Shown: positions 16,790 through 23,856 of the stretch, piece after piece
How positions within the stretch are numbered: the first letter of the stretch is position 1
How the letters are laid out: each line of letters opens with the position of its first letter
Source of the DNA: a virus
DNA: 31,851 nucleotides
IMG/VR virus record: IMGVR_UViG_3300018073_000005
Coordinates: 1-31,851 of that record
Strand: one strand, 5' to 3'
Program-made: the position numbers and the translations under genes
The notes under the pieces: model-generated
What the model saw: only the letters and a program-made list of their open reading frames with translations
Told to the model about the DNA's origin: nothing
Databases searched by the model: none

Positions 16790-17119
16790 TTATACCGTCA
16801 CGTCTTGTTGCAGGGTGACCGCGCCCGCGACGGGCGTCTGCACGTCGCCCGACTCCCAGGTGAGTTGCAAATCCCAGTGGGCCGGCGCCGTCGTCAGGGT
16901 CGACGACAAGACCGCCGAGAGTTCGACCTCGATGGTATTCGGCAGCGTGACCGCACACAGCAGGGGCGTCACGACGCTGCCACTGTTCGAGCGGATCTCG
17001 GATTTGACGGTGGCCTCAGTCAAGTCGACCGGGGAGGTCTTCGCCGCATCGGCCCAGAGGCGGAACTGCCAGCGGGCGGTGTCGCCCCTGTAAATCGTCA
17101 ATGGATAGGTACTCGGCAC
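16790..17119 (-). CDS. Ig-like BppU_N-type baseplate/fibre-associated protein (109 aa)
   Basis: GTG at 17119 with AGGAGGG upstream. The pattern YPLTIYRGDTARWQFRLW...PVDLTEATVKSEIR is typical of BppU N-terminal domains as I recall them. Confidence 0.5.
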   Translation of the reverse strand: MPSTYPLTIYRGDTARWQFRLWADAAKTSPVDLTEATVKSEIRSNSGSVVTPLLCAVTLPNTIEVELSAVLSSTLTTAPAHWDLQLTWESGDVQTPVAGAVTLQQDVTV

Positions 17120-17137
17120 CAGCGTCCCTCCTGCGCG

Positions 17138-17224
17138 TCAGCGGTTGCGGCGCGCGACCACGTAGATCACCAGGCTGAAGACCACCAGGATGATCGCGAG
17201 GTTCTGGGTTTGGTCGACGTTCAT
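17138..17224 (-). CDS. 28-aa single-TM peptide (MNVDQTQNLAIILVVFSLVIYVVARRNR)
   Basis: Hand translation. It is below the ORF-track cutoff. It has a hydrophobic core and a basic C-terminus. Confidence 0.35.
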   Translation of the reverse strand: MNVDQTQNLAIILVVFSLVIYVVARRNR

Positions 17225-17246
17225 CGTAGTTCCGTGCGTGTTCGCA

Positions 17247-17280
17247 TGTGTGTTACGCCGTGTTACGCCGTGTTACACGA
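17247..17280. repeat. Three tandem 10-bp repeats (minus strand GTAACACGGC GTAACACGGC GTAACACACA)
   Basis: The plus strand reads tgtgtgttac gccgtgttac gccgtgttac. The repeats lie between two small membrane ORFs, and the TAA stop of the 46-aa ORF is inside the first copy. Confidence 0.85.
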
Positions 17281-17413
17281 GGAACAGCGAGCCCACCCAG
17301 CACGCGAGCCCCGCCGATTGCAGGTTGCACCGCGGCGGCGACGGCACGCCCAGCGCACTCAGCACGAAGCACACGAACGCGAACACCAGCAGCAGTAAGC
17401 GAAGGGTCGGCAT
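17273..17413 (-). CDS. 46-aa hydrophobic membrane/secreted peptide
   Basis: Hand translation gives MPTLRLLLLVFAFVCFVLSALGVPSPPRCNLQSAGLACWVGSLFLV. The ATG overlaps the upstream TGA by 1 nt. No canonical lipobox. Confidence 0.4.
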   Translation of the reverse strand: MPTLRLLLLVFAFVCFVLSALGVPSPPRCNLQSAGLACWVGSLFLV

Positions 17414-17643
17414 CATGGGACCTTCTTCCTTTCGGGCGGCTTCGGATCCGACACGGCCAGCGACGGGAACACGTGCTCCCCGTTGCCAGGCCGACGCCGC
17501 ACCGCGCGCCTAGTTTCCGCGTCGATCACGTCCCGCAGTTCGCGCGCGTGCCGTTCCTGCCGGACGCCGCGCACGTAGGCCACGACCAGGGCGACGACGA
17601 TGGCGATGACGAAGACCGCGAGGCCGAGTTCGTTCAGGCTCAT
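17413..17643 (-). CDS. Membrane protein with an N-terminal TM helix and a charged C-terminal tail (76 aa); possible holin/spanin-like lysis component
   Basis: The TM segment is LGLAVFVIAIVVALVVAYV, followed by an Arg/Glu-rich tail. ATGA overlap with the RusA stop. Confidence 0.5.
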   Translation of the reverse strand: MSLNELGLAVFVIAIVVALVVAYVRGVRQERHARELRDVIDAETRRAVRRRPGNGEHVFPSLAVSDPKPPERKKVP

Positions 17644-18131
17644 GCCAAGGCCTCGGCGAACAGCGGCAGCGGCGCCGGACGCACCGCCATAGGCCTGACG
17701 CCGCCCGTGGACTCGACGCGCACGGTGACGTGCGGCGGTTCCCCGATGCCGGCGTAGAACTTCCCGACGACGGCCTCGACGACTTGTTTGTCATCCCGAT
17801 AACAGACATGCGTGAGCGAGTCACCGACGCATCGAGCCAACTTGTCCCAGTCCGGCGCGGTGAGGTGCGCCGCGTCCGCGCGCTTCGCGAACTTCTTCGG
17901 CCGCGGCAGGTAGAACGCCATCGACAGTCGCACCGGCCCCTCGAGCACGCCGCGGTCCGCCGGCGGCAGCTGCGCGAGCGCATGGTTGGCGCCCTCGGCG
18001 ACGAGTTGCGCCCACGACTTCGCCGAGCGGTTGCTGTCGGTCACGATCGGAAACTTCATCCCGGGGCGATAGAACGCCTTCATGCTGCCTTTTGGCTGCG
18101 CCACGCCCCAGACCTGGAATTCGAGTGTCAT
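17640..18131 (-). CDS. rusA: RusA-family Holliday junction resolvase (163 aa)
   Basis: ATG at 18131 (MTLEFQVWGVAQPKGS...). It carries the motifs PVRLSMAFYLPRP and PDWDKLARCVGDSL...YRDDKQV. The listed 86-aa N-terminal extension is antisense to the HNH gene and was trimmed. Confidence 0.85.
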   Translation of the reverse strand: MTLEFQVWGVAQPKGSMKAFYRPGMKFPIVTDSNRSAKSWAQLVAEGANHALAQLPPADRGVLEGPVRLSMAFYLPRPKKFAKRADAAHLTAPDWDKLARCVGDSLTHVCYRDDKQVVEAVVGKFYAGIGEPPHVTVRVESTGGVRPMAVRPAPLPLFAEALA

Positions 18132-18183
18132 GTCAGAGCGGCGTGCCGTCCGGACGCCGGCCTCCGTAGTAAAATTGCGTTCT

Positions 18184-18759
18184 ATGGTGACGGTCTCCTG
18201 CGAAATCTGTGGGCAGCCATTCCAAACGAAACCCTCGAAATTGAACAGCGGAGGGGGCCGTTTCTGTTCGCGCTCTTGCTTTGCTAAACATCGCAATCGT
18301 TCATCGATTGAAGCGTGTCGTGTCTGTGGCACACGCTTCGAGGTCGCCAGAAGTACGAGGGCACGCAGGGAGGGTTTCTTTTGTTCCAAGCAGTGCCACT
18401 ACGATGCGCGACGACAGCATCCCGCTGATCGATTTTGGTCGAAGGTGATCACTGGCGATGGCTGCTGGATGTGGACTGCAGCTACAAACGGATCGATACC
18501 AGGCTACGCATATGGCAACTTCTGCTGGACGAAGCACAGCCGGGAAGCTGCCCATCGCGTCGCGTGGATTCTGACCAATGGACCGATTCCAGCGGGCATG
18601 CGTGTTTGTCATCGCTGCGATACTCCCCTATGCGTCCGACCGGATCATCTCTTCCTCGGTACCGCCAGCGACAACACGCAGGATGCGATTCATAAGCGCC
18701 GACTCCAACGAGACGTGGCAAGTGGCCACTTCACAGAGGGGATCCATCAGGACGCCTAG
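18184..18759 (+). CDS. Free-standing HNH (HNH_3-type) homing endonuclease with two N-terminal zinc-ribbon repeats (about 191 aa; alternative ATG at 18130)
   Basis: The two ribbons are CEICG...FCSRSC and CRVCG...FCSKQC. These are followed by GCWMWT...GYAYG...AHRVAW...VCHRCDTPLCVRPDHLFLGT..DN. Local GC is about 52% by hand count over 18181-18300. Confidence 0.8.
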   Translation: MVTVSCEICGQPFQTKPSKLNSGGGRFCSRSCFAKHRNRSSIEACRVCGTRFEVARSTRARREGFFCSKQCHYDARRQHPADRFWSKVITGDGCWMWTAATNGSIPGYAYGNFCWTKHSREAAHRVAWILTNGPIPAGMRVCHRCDTPLCVRPDHLFLGTASDNTQDAIHKRRLQRDVASGHFTEGIHQDA

Positions 18760-19777
18760 CTCCCCCGCCGTACCCTTTCACGGTCATCATGCCCGGGCTG
18801 CACGTGCACTCGAAACCTTTTAAGCAGCCCATGTCCTCATCCGCGAGGCGTCCATCGCCATCGACGCCGTTGTTGAATTGGCACGTCGCGATCGTCTCCC
18901 ACACCGTGAGATCGATCGGATGACCACGGCCCGAATCACCAAGGCCCCACAGCCCACCAGGCGCGAGGCGATCGAGGCAGTCGGTCGTGCGCGCGGCCAT
19001 CATGCCGGCCGTCCATGCCGGGTCGCACTGATACAGCACGCCGTCGACCTTGCCATAGTTCGCGCGCCAGAAATCCGTCGGCGTCTCGTCGTTCGCCTGC
19101 CACGAAATGTAATGCGGGAAGAAGTGCAGCATGATGCGGCACCGCAGCCCAATCACCGCCGCGTCGTGGTCGATCATCGCGCGCACGATCGACGGGCTCC
19201 AGTGATTGCACTCCCACGCGGGCGTCTCGACTTGCATCGCGCCTTCGTGCAGCAACCGCTCGATCAGCGCGGTCGGATCGCTCAGGTCCGGATCGGTCGG
19301 CGTGTAGTACTTCGAGCGCATCAGGTGGTGCACGAAGAGCCCGGCCTCGCGGCAGCGTACCGCCATCCGCACGTAATCGTCCTCGCTCTGGCCGTGCGCG
19401 AAGCTGTCCTGCGGCGACAGCGAAATATGCGAATAGCCATAGTCGCGGTGCAGGCGCAGGATCGTCGCTTCCCAGTCGCGCCCGTAGCGGTCGAGGAAGT
19501 AGGTCAGCACCCGCGACTGCGCCGGGCCATCGGCGCCGCCCTCGACCCGCGGCAGGCCCGGCAGCGTCAGCCCCCACGCATCGCCGCGCCACCAGCGGAC
19601 GTCGGCTTTCGCCGGCGGGGCCTCGCGCAGCTCGGTGTAGACCGGCAGCGGGGCGCCCGTGTCCGGGTCCGTGGTGTCCGTGTCGAAGGGCGGCAGCGGC
19701 GGCCGCACGACGGGCTCGATCAGGGGCGGGCCCGACGGCGCGGACGAGAGCAGCGGCCAGGTGGTGGCGTAGGTCAT
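18731..19777 (-). CDS. Hypothetical protein (348 aa); possibly a hydrolase-type enzyme, function unassigned
   Basis: ATGA overlap with the upstream gene. The sequence looks natural and globular, with a Pro-rich N-terminus. No motif I can name with confidence. Confidence 0.6.
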   Translation of the reverse strand: MTYATTWPLLSSAPSGPPLIEPVVRPPLPPFDTDTTDPDTGAPLPVYTELREAPPAKADVRWWRGDAWGLTLPGLPRVEGGADGPAQSRVLTYFLDRYGRDWEATILRLHRDYGYSHISLSPQDSFAHGQSEDDYVRMAVRCREAGLFVHHLMRSKYYTPTDPDLSDPTALIERLLHEGAMQVETPAWECNHWSPSIVRAMIDHDAAVIGLRCRIMLHFFPHYISWQANDETPTDFWRANYGKVDGVLYQCDPAWTAGMMAARTTDCLDRLAPGGLWGLGDSGRGHPIDLTVWETIATCQFNNGVDGDGRLADEDMGCLKGFECTCSPGMMTVKGYGGGARRPDGSPL

Positions 19778-19998
19778 GGCTCAACCTCGCAGCAGCGGCA
19801 ACGACCAGTGCAATCAACCCTCGGCGCGTGACAGTGTCGATGCGCCTTGAGGGCATCGCGCTCGGCGAGGAGGGCGAGGCAGCCTCTAGCGAGGGCCAGA
19901 AAGACATGTGCGTAGGCACCAAGGATGCCGCCTCGCGGAGGATCCGCGACCACTGCCTGCGCCAGCGTCGTGAGTTCCTTCAGATCGTCAGGCGTCAC
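19774..19998 (-). CDS. Hypothetical Cys/His-rich small protein (74 aa)
   Basis: GTG at 19998. The C-terminus is HRHCHAPRVDCTGRCRCCE. Confidence 0.45.
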   Translation of the reverse strand: MTPDDLKELTTLAQAVVADPPRGGILGAYAHVFLALARGCLALLAERDALKAHRHCHAPRVDCTGRCRCCEVEP

Positions 19999-20001
19999 GG
20001 C

Positions 20002-20439
20002 TCACTCCGGATTCGGCAACTGATCCGCGTAGGGCACGAGATACACCGCCCCGGCCGGCCCCACCGGCGCGTAGATCAGCCGGTCGCTCTTCAACACCGC
20101 CCGCTCGTACGGCCCGTTCGCCCCCGCCGGCCGCGTCTCGATCCGCCCGTCCGGCTGCACCGACAGCACCGTCGTCGTCCCCGCCGGATACGTCACCGTC
20201 ACCAGCGCGTCGCCGTCGAGGCGCGTGATCTGGTGCGGCCCGATCGCGGCCACGTCGAGGCGCTGCGCCTGGGCGTCGTCGTCGGGATCCGCGCTCTGGC
20301 CTTCGACGGTCGCCAGCGCGGCGCGAATGGCGGCGGCCAGCACGCTCCCCGTGGGGTGCGGCCGCGCGTGGTCGTAGGGCACGCGCACGATCACCGCGAT
20401 CGCGGACGGCGGCCGGCAGCGAGCAGTCTCAGAATCCAT
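20002..20439 (-). CDS. Hypothetical protein (145 aa)
   Basis: ATG at 20439 (MDSETARC...). The listed longer ORF overlaps the upstream gene and was trimmed. Confidence 0.5.
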   Translation of the reverse strand: MDSETARCRPPSAIAVIVRVPYDHARPHPTGSVLAAAIRAALATVEGQSADPDDDAQAQRLDVAAIGPHQITRLDGDALVTVTYPAGTTTVLSVQPDGRIETRPAGANGPYERAVLKSDRLIYAPVGPAGAVYLVPYADQLPNPE

Positions 20440-20443
20440 AGGG

Positions 20444-21037
20444 TCAGCCTTCCATTCCAGGAACACGTTCACCGACGATGATCGCGACCGCATCGAACAA
20501 CGTCCGCGGCGCCCGCTTCGCCAGCGCGAAGAACGCGTCCCGCGCACAGTACCACCGCGCCAGCTCCTCGCCGTGCGCCCAATGTCCCACAATTTCCACC
20601 ACGCCGCGGCGCGGATTAAAGGCTTGCTCGAGGTCGTCAGGGCCGAATTCGGTGGGCACATACCGAATCGGGCGATGAGAGATACCAGCCGACTGGCAGA
20701 GGAAGCATGCACAGGGCTCGTCCTCGTAGCCGAGGGCGGCGGCCCGGGCGAGCTCGTCGGCCTCGTCGACGCGCATCGTGCGCCGGTCGGCCGGGCACGT
20801 CGCGGTCATCGTCCTGGGCGTCAGTTCCGCGAGCCAGTCCGCGGCCTTGGGAAACACGCGGAGCTTCTCGATGCAGCGTTTGCCGGCGCCCATGACGTCG
20901 TCGATGGGGTGCGCCGCGAGCACGGCGAAATACGTCCGCGTCAGCGCCTCCCGTTCGGGGACGGGCAGCCGCACGCGAAACGCGGTGAGGACCACGCCGA
21001 AGGCCTTCTCGAAGGTGACGAAATCGAAATCCGTCAC
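20444..21037 (-). CDS. Hypothetical protein (197 aa), downstream partner of the replication-organizer-like gene
   Basis: ATGA-type overlap with the upstream gene. No Walker motif seen. Confidence 0.55.
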   Translation of the reverse strand: MTDFDFVTFEKAFGVVLTAFRVRLPVPEREALTRTYFAVLAAHPIDDVMGAGKRCIEKLRVFPKAADWLAELTPRTMTATCPADRRTMRVDEADELARAAALGYEDEPCACFLCQSAGISHRPIRYVPTEFGPDDLEQAFNPRRGVVEIVGHWAHGEELARWYCARDAFFALAKRAPRTLFDAVAIIVGERVPGMEG

Positions 21038-21651
21038 CGGCGTCGGGCTCCAAAATGTTTCGCCAACAACGCCTCGTCGACGGGCGCGGAGGCGCCACGC
21101 GCAGCGTGAGCGACCGCAGCGACCCGTCTTCGTTGCTTCTGATGTACACCGCCGCGCGGGTCGGAGGCGCGCGCTTTAGGCGCGCTCTCCTCGCGCGCAG
21201 CGCGAGTCTTACTATCAGAGGTAGAGGTAGAAATAGAAACAGAATCAGAAGTAGAAACAGAAGTAGTAACCGCCTGATTGGTTCCTGTCGGTTTCCTGAG
21301 TCGCTCGGGAACTTGGGCCGACTCAATCAGGGAAATATCCGGAAACTTACTCGGCTTCTCATTTGGGTGAATATGCTGGTATTTCAGCAGGTTCACGACC
21401 TGGATGACCGGCCCAGCGGCCGTGCGATAGCGCCGGATCCGGCCCGCGGCGGCCAGTTCATTGAGCGCCGCCGCGCACGATCGCGCATCGAGCGGCAGGA
21501 TCGCCCCGTCGATCATCTTGACCGAGTCGAGCAGCCTACCCTCCCGGTCGGCAATCAGCCAGAGCCCGGCGAAGACCAGGCGGGTGAAATCGGAGAGCGC
21601 GGCCAGGGTGGGGTCGCTGAAAAACTCGGGGTGCAGGAGTCGCGTGCGCAT
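21034..21651 (-). CDS. Putative replication initiator / replisome-organizer-like protein (205 aa)
   Basis: The N-terminal winged-helix-like region LHPEFFSDPTLAALSDFTRLVFAGLWLIADREGRL is typical of phage replisome organizers as I recall them. It has a central Ser/Thr linker and a basic C-terminus. Confidence 0.5.
   Translation of the reverse strand: MRTRLLHPEFFSDPTLAALSDFTRLVFAGLWLIADREGRLLDSVKMIDGAILPLDARSCAAALNELAAAGRIRRYRTAAGPVIQVVNLLKYQHIHPNEKPSKFPDISLIESAQVPERLRKPTGTNQAVTTSVSTSDSVSISTSTSDSKTRAAREESAPKARASDPRGGVHQKQRRRVAAVAHAARGASAPVDEALLAKHFGARRR
21217..21264. repeat. (AGA NNN)x8 hexamer repeat within a 35% GC island
   Basis: The plus strand reads aga ggt aga ggt aga aat aga aac aga atc aga agt aga aac aga agt. 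It encodes (X-Ser)n with eight consecutive TCT codons. Hand count gives 21/60 G+C over 21211-21270. Confidence 0.8.
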
Positions 21652-21666
21652 AGGTCGCGGGGTCCT

Positions 21667-22338
21667 CTAACGAATGGGGTCATCGATCGAGAAGAAACGC
21701 ACGCCGGGGACTTGGCCGGAGCCCTTCATGGCGCTGGCGTACCGGCCCAACTTCACGGTGTCGATCGTCATGAAGTCGCGCGGCACTTCGGATTCAATAA
21801 CGACCTCGAACGTCCAGCGGCGCCGGAAGGTCTGGCCGGCAGCCTTGACGTCGTTCGGCAAGATGACCATCGGGGGCGGCGCCGCCAGCTGCTCGGCCAC
21901 GACGGCCGCGGCGAGTTGGTGTTCGCCGGCCCGCTCGAGGGCCGCGGCCTCCGCGGTGGCGCGCGCTTCATCCGCCAGGCGCCGGGCCTCGGCGAGCTCG
22001 CGTTCGCGCGCTTCACGCTGGCGGGTCTGTTCGTCGTTGAACGCGCGGATCTGCTCCTTCTCAAAATTATCGAGATTCGTGAGCGGTGCCAGCGCAGCGC
22101 GCTCGAGGGTGCAAAACCATTGATGTAAGGAATGCGCCCACGATTTGGGGCGCGCGAGTTGATCCGCGATCTGTTTCTGCCGGACGCCGATCTGGACCCG
22201 GACGTCCCGCGCGCGCGCCAGCGTCGCCAAGTCCGTGACAAGGACTTTGTTGAGTTCGACGAAGCTGATAACTTCTTTCGTCGTCGTGTTCATTTCTTCT
22301 TGCACGAGTTGCGGTGAGACGTCTTGCACCATCGTCAT
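21667..22338 (-). CDS. Hypothetical coiled-coil protein (223 aa)
   Basis: ATG at 22338 with GAGGG upstream. The central region is an Arg/Glu/Ala-rich helix. Confidence 0.6.
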   Translation of the reverse strand: MTMVQDVSPQLVQEEMNTTTKEVISFVELNKVLVTDLATLARARDVRVQIGVRQKQIADQLARPKSWAHSLHQWFCTLERAALAPLTNLDNFEKEQIRAFNDEQTRQREARERELAEARRLADEARATAEAAALERAGEHQLAAAVVAEQLAAPPPMVILPNDVKAAGQTFRRRWTFEVVIESEVPRDFMTIDTVKLGRYASAMKGSGQVPGVRFFSIDDPIR

Positions 22339-22362
22339 GTGCCCTCACGTTCAAAAACGGCA

Positions 22363-23280
22363 GGCCTCGCCTCGCCTCGTCACGCCGCTGCTCGCCGTGC
22401 CCTGCCTGCGCTCCCGAGCCCCGCCGTGCCTTACCAGTCCGTGCCCTGGCGTGCCACGCCTGCCGTGCCTTCCCCTGCCTTTCCAAGCCAGTCCCCGCCA
22501 CCCGTGCGAGGCCTGCCGTGCCGGTGCGTGCCCAGCCGGCCCAATCCGTGCCCGTCCGTGCCATGCCTGCCGCGCCGGTCCACGCCTTACCGCACCGATC
22601 CTCTACTTGCCATCCGCTCCACGTCGCGCCTAACCTGCTATGCCTCTCCAACGCGCGCCATTCCCCGTCGCGCCTCGCCAGTCGACGCCGGTGCACGCCT
22701 TACCCCGCTCGGCCTTGCCTGCCGCACCGTTCCATCCCTTTCCGCACCGCTCGAGTCCGTACCTAGCCTGCCGACGCTCGCCAATCCACACCTACCCAAA
22801 CCGTGCCCCTCTGCGCCATGCCGGACCTGCCGTGCCTCTTCCCGCCTCGCCTTGCCATCCGCCCCGTGCCGCGCGAAACCTGCCGCGCCAGTCCGCGCCG
22901 GTCGTTGCCACCCCCGGCCTAGCCGTTCCTCGCCCCGCCTCGCCGGTCCATGCCGGAGCTTGCGGCGCCTGCCGTGCCGCTTCATGCCGTAGCGCTCCAG
23001 TCCGTGCCTTTCCTGGCCCGCCCATGCGATGCCCAGCCTGCCGCGCCAGTCCCAACCGTGCTAGTCCATGCCCACCATCGCCACACCCGTCCATAGCCCG
23101 CCGTTCCAGTCCTTGCCGTGCCTGTCCCATCCAAGCCTGCCGTGCCGTCCCTCTCCGGGCTCGCCCAGGCCATCCCCGGCCATCCGCCGCCCCGCCGGCG
23201 CCGGGCCGGTTCGATCCGTGCCTCGCCTGCCGCGCGTGCCTCGCCCGGCGCAGCCCAGCCGCCCCACGTCGCGCCTAGCC
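22363..23280. repeat. Non-coding tract of about 180 phased pentamers (NNNCC on plus / GGNNN on minus) with embedded CCTGCCGYGCC and CCAGTCC motifs
   Basis: By hand parsing, roughly four of five consecutive 5-nt units end in CC. There are 11 same-orientation copies of CCTGCCG. All six frames give only short overlapping Arg/Gly/Ala/Pro ORFs. Confidence 0.85.
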
Positions 23281-23856
23281 CGCGCTACCGAGCGTCGATG
23301 CGTCGCCGCCAAGGGCAGACGACGACGCGTCTCCAGAGAGATCCGCGCGCGCCTCATCGAGCGCGAACCACACCGGCTGGAGTTCGGACAGTTCCGCATA
23401 CCGGCGGCGATACGCGGTCAGCTCCGCGATCACCTGCGCGAGGAGCTCCCCGCGCTTCTCGGGATCGGACAGGATCGCGGTGACGGGTTCATAGCCACCG
23501 TGTTCCTTGCGCATGCTCGGCCGGCTCTGGTAGCCACGGGTCGTCGAGATCGCGACCTGCCGCGTCGCCGGATCGGCCCGCACCACCGTGAAGCGCACGT
23601 GCCGCACGAGCGCGCCGACTTGCAAGAGGCGGTAGGCCTCTGCGGCGTCCCCGTCGTTCCACTCGAAGTACCGGTGGAGTACGTGCGTTGGGTCGCGCGC
23701 CACGTCGACCACCCGGCGGGGATTCAGGACCCCGTTGTTGCCTTCCACGATGGCGTGGAGGGCGGCGCTGAGTTGTTCGCGCTCGAGGTCGGCCGCCGTG
23801 GCTTTCATCTCCGGCGCGGTCTCGGCCTTCTCGGTCTTCTTCGCCTTTTTGCTCAT
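23275..23856 (-). CDS. Hypothetical protein (193 aa)
   Basis: ATG at 23856 (MSKKAKKTEK...) forms an ATGA overlap with the upstream gene. The conserved-looking core is THVLHRYFEWNDGDAAEAYRLLQ. The stop TAG is at 23275-23277. Confidence 0.6.
   Translation of the reverse strand: MSKKAKKTEKAETAPEMKATAADLEREQLSAALHAIVEGNNGVLNPRRVVDVARDPTHVLHRYFEWNDGDAAEAYRLLQVGALVRHVRFTVVRADPATRQVAISTTRGYQSRPSMRKEHGGYEPVTAILSDPEKRGELLAQVIAELTAYRRRYAELSELQPVWFALDEARADLSGDASSSALGGDASTLGSAG

Noticed and set aside
17273-17413. The 46-aa peptide as an o-spanin lipoprotein.
   Set aside because: There is no lipobox. The residues before Cys15 (F-V) and Cys29 (P-R) do not fit L-[ASTVI]-[GAS]-C.
22363-23280. CRISPR array, or a sigma-54 promoter cluster (TGGCAC on the minus strand).
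   Set aside because: There is no alternation of conserved 25-40 bp repeats with unique spacers. TGGCAC occurs only a couple of times and without a properly spaced TTGC -12 element.
22067-23483. Many overlapping ORFs in all six frames across the pentamer tract (for example 22324-22992 plus, 22640-23278 plus, 22638-22985 minus, 22792-23130 minus).
   Set aside because: The underlying periodicity is 5 nt, not 3. No frame spans the tract. All frames give similar G/A/R/P strings because stop codons are rare in this composition. I treated the region as non-coding.
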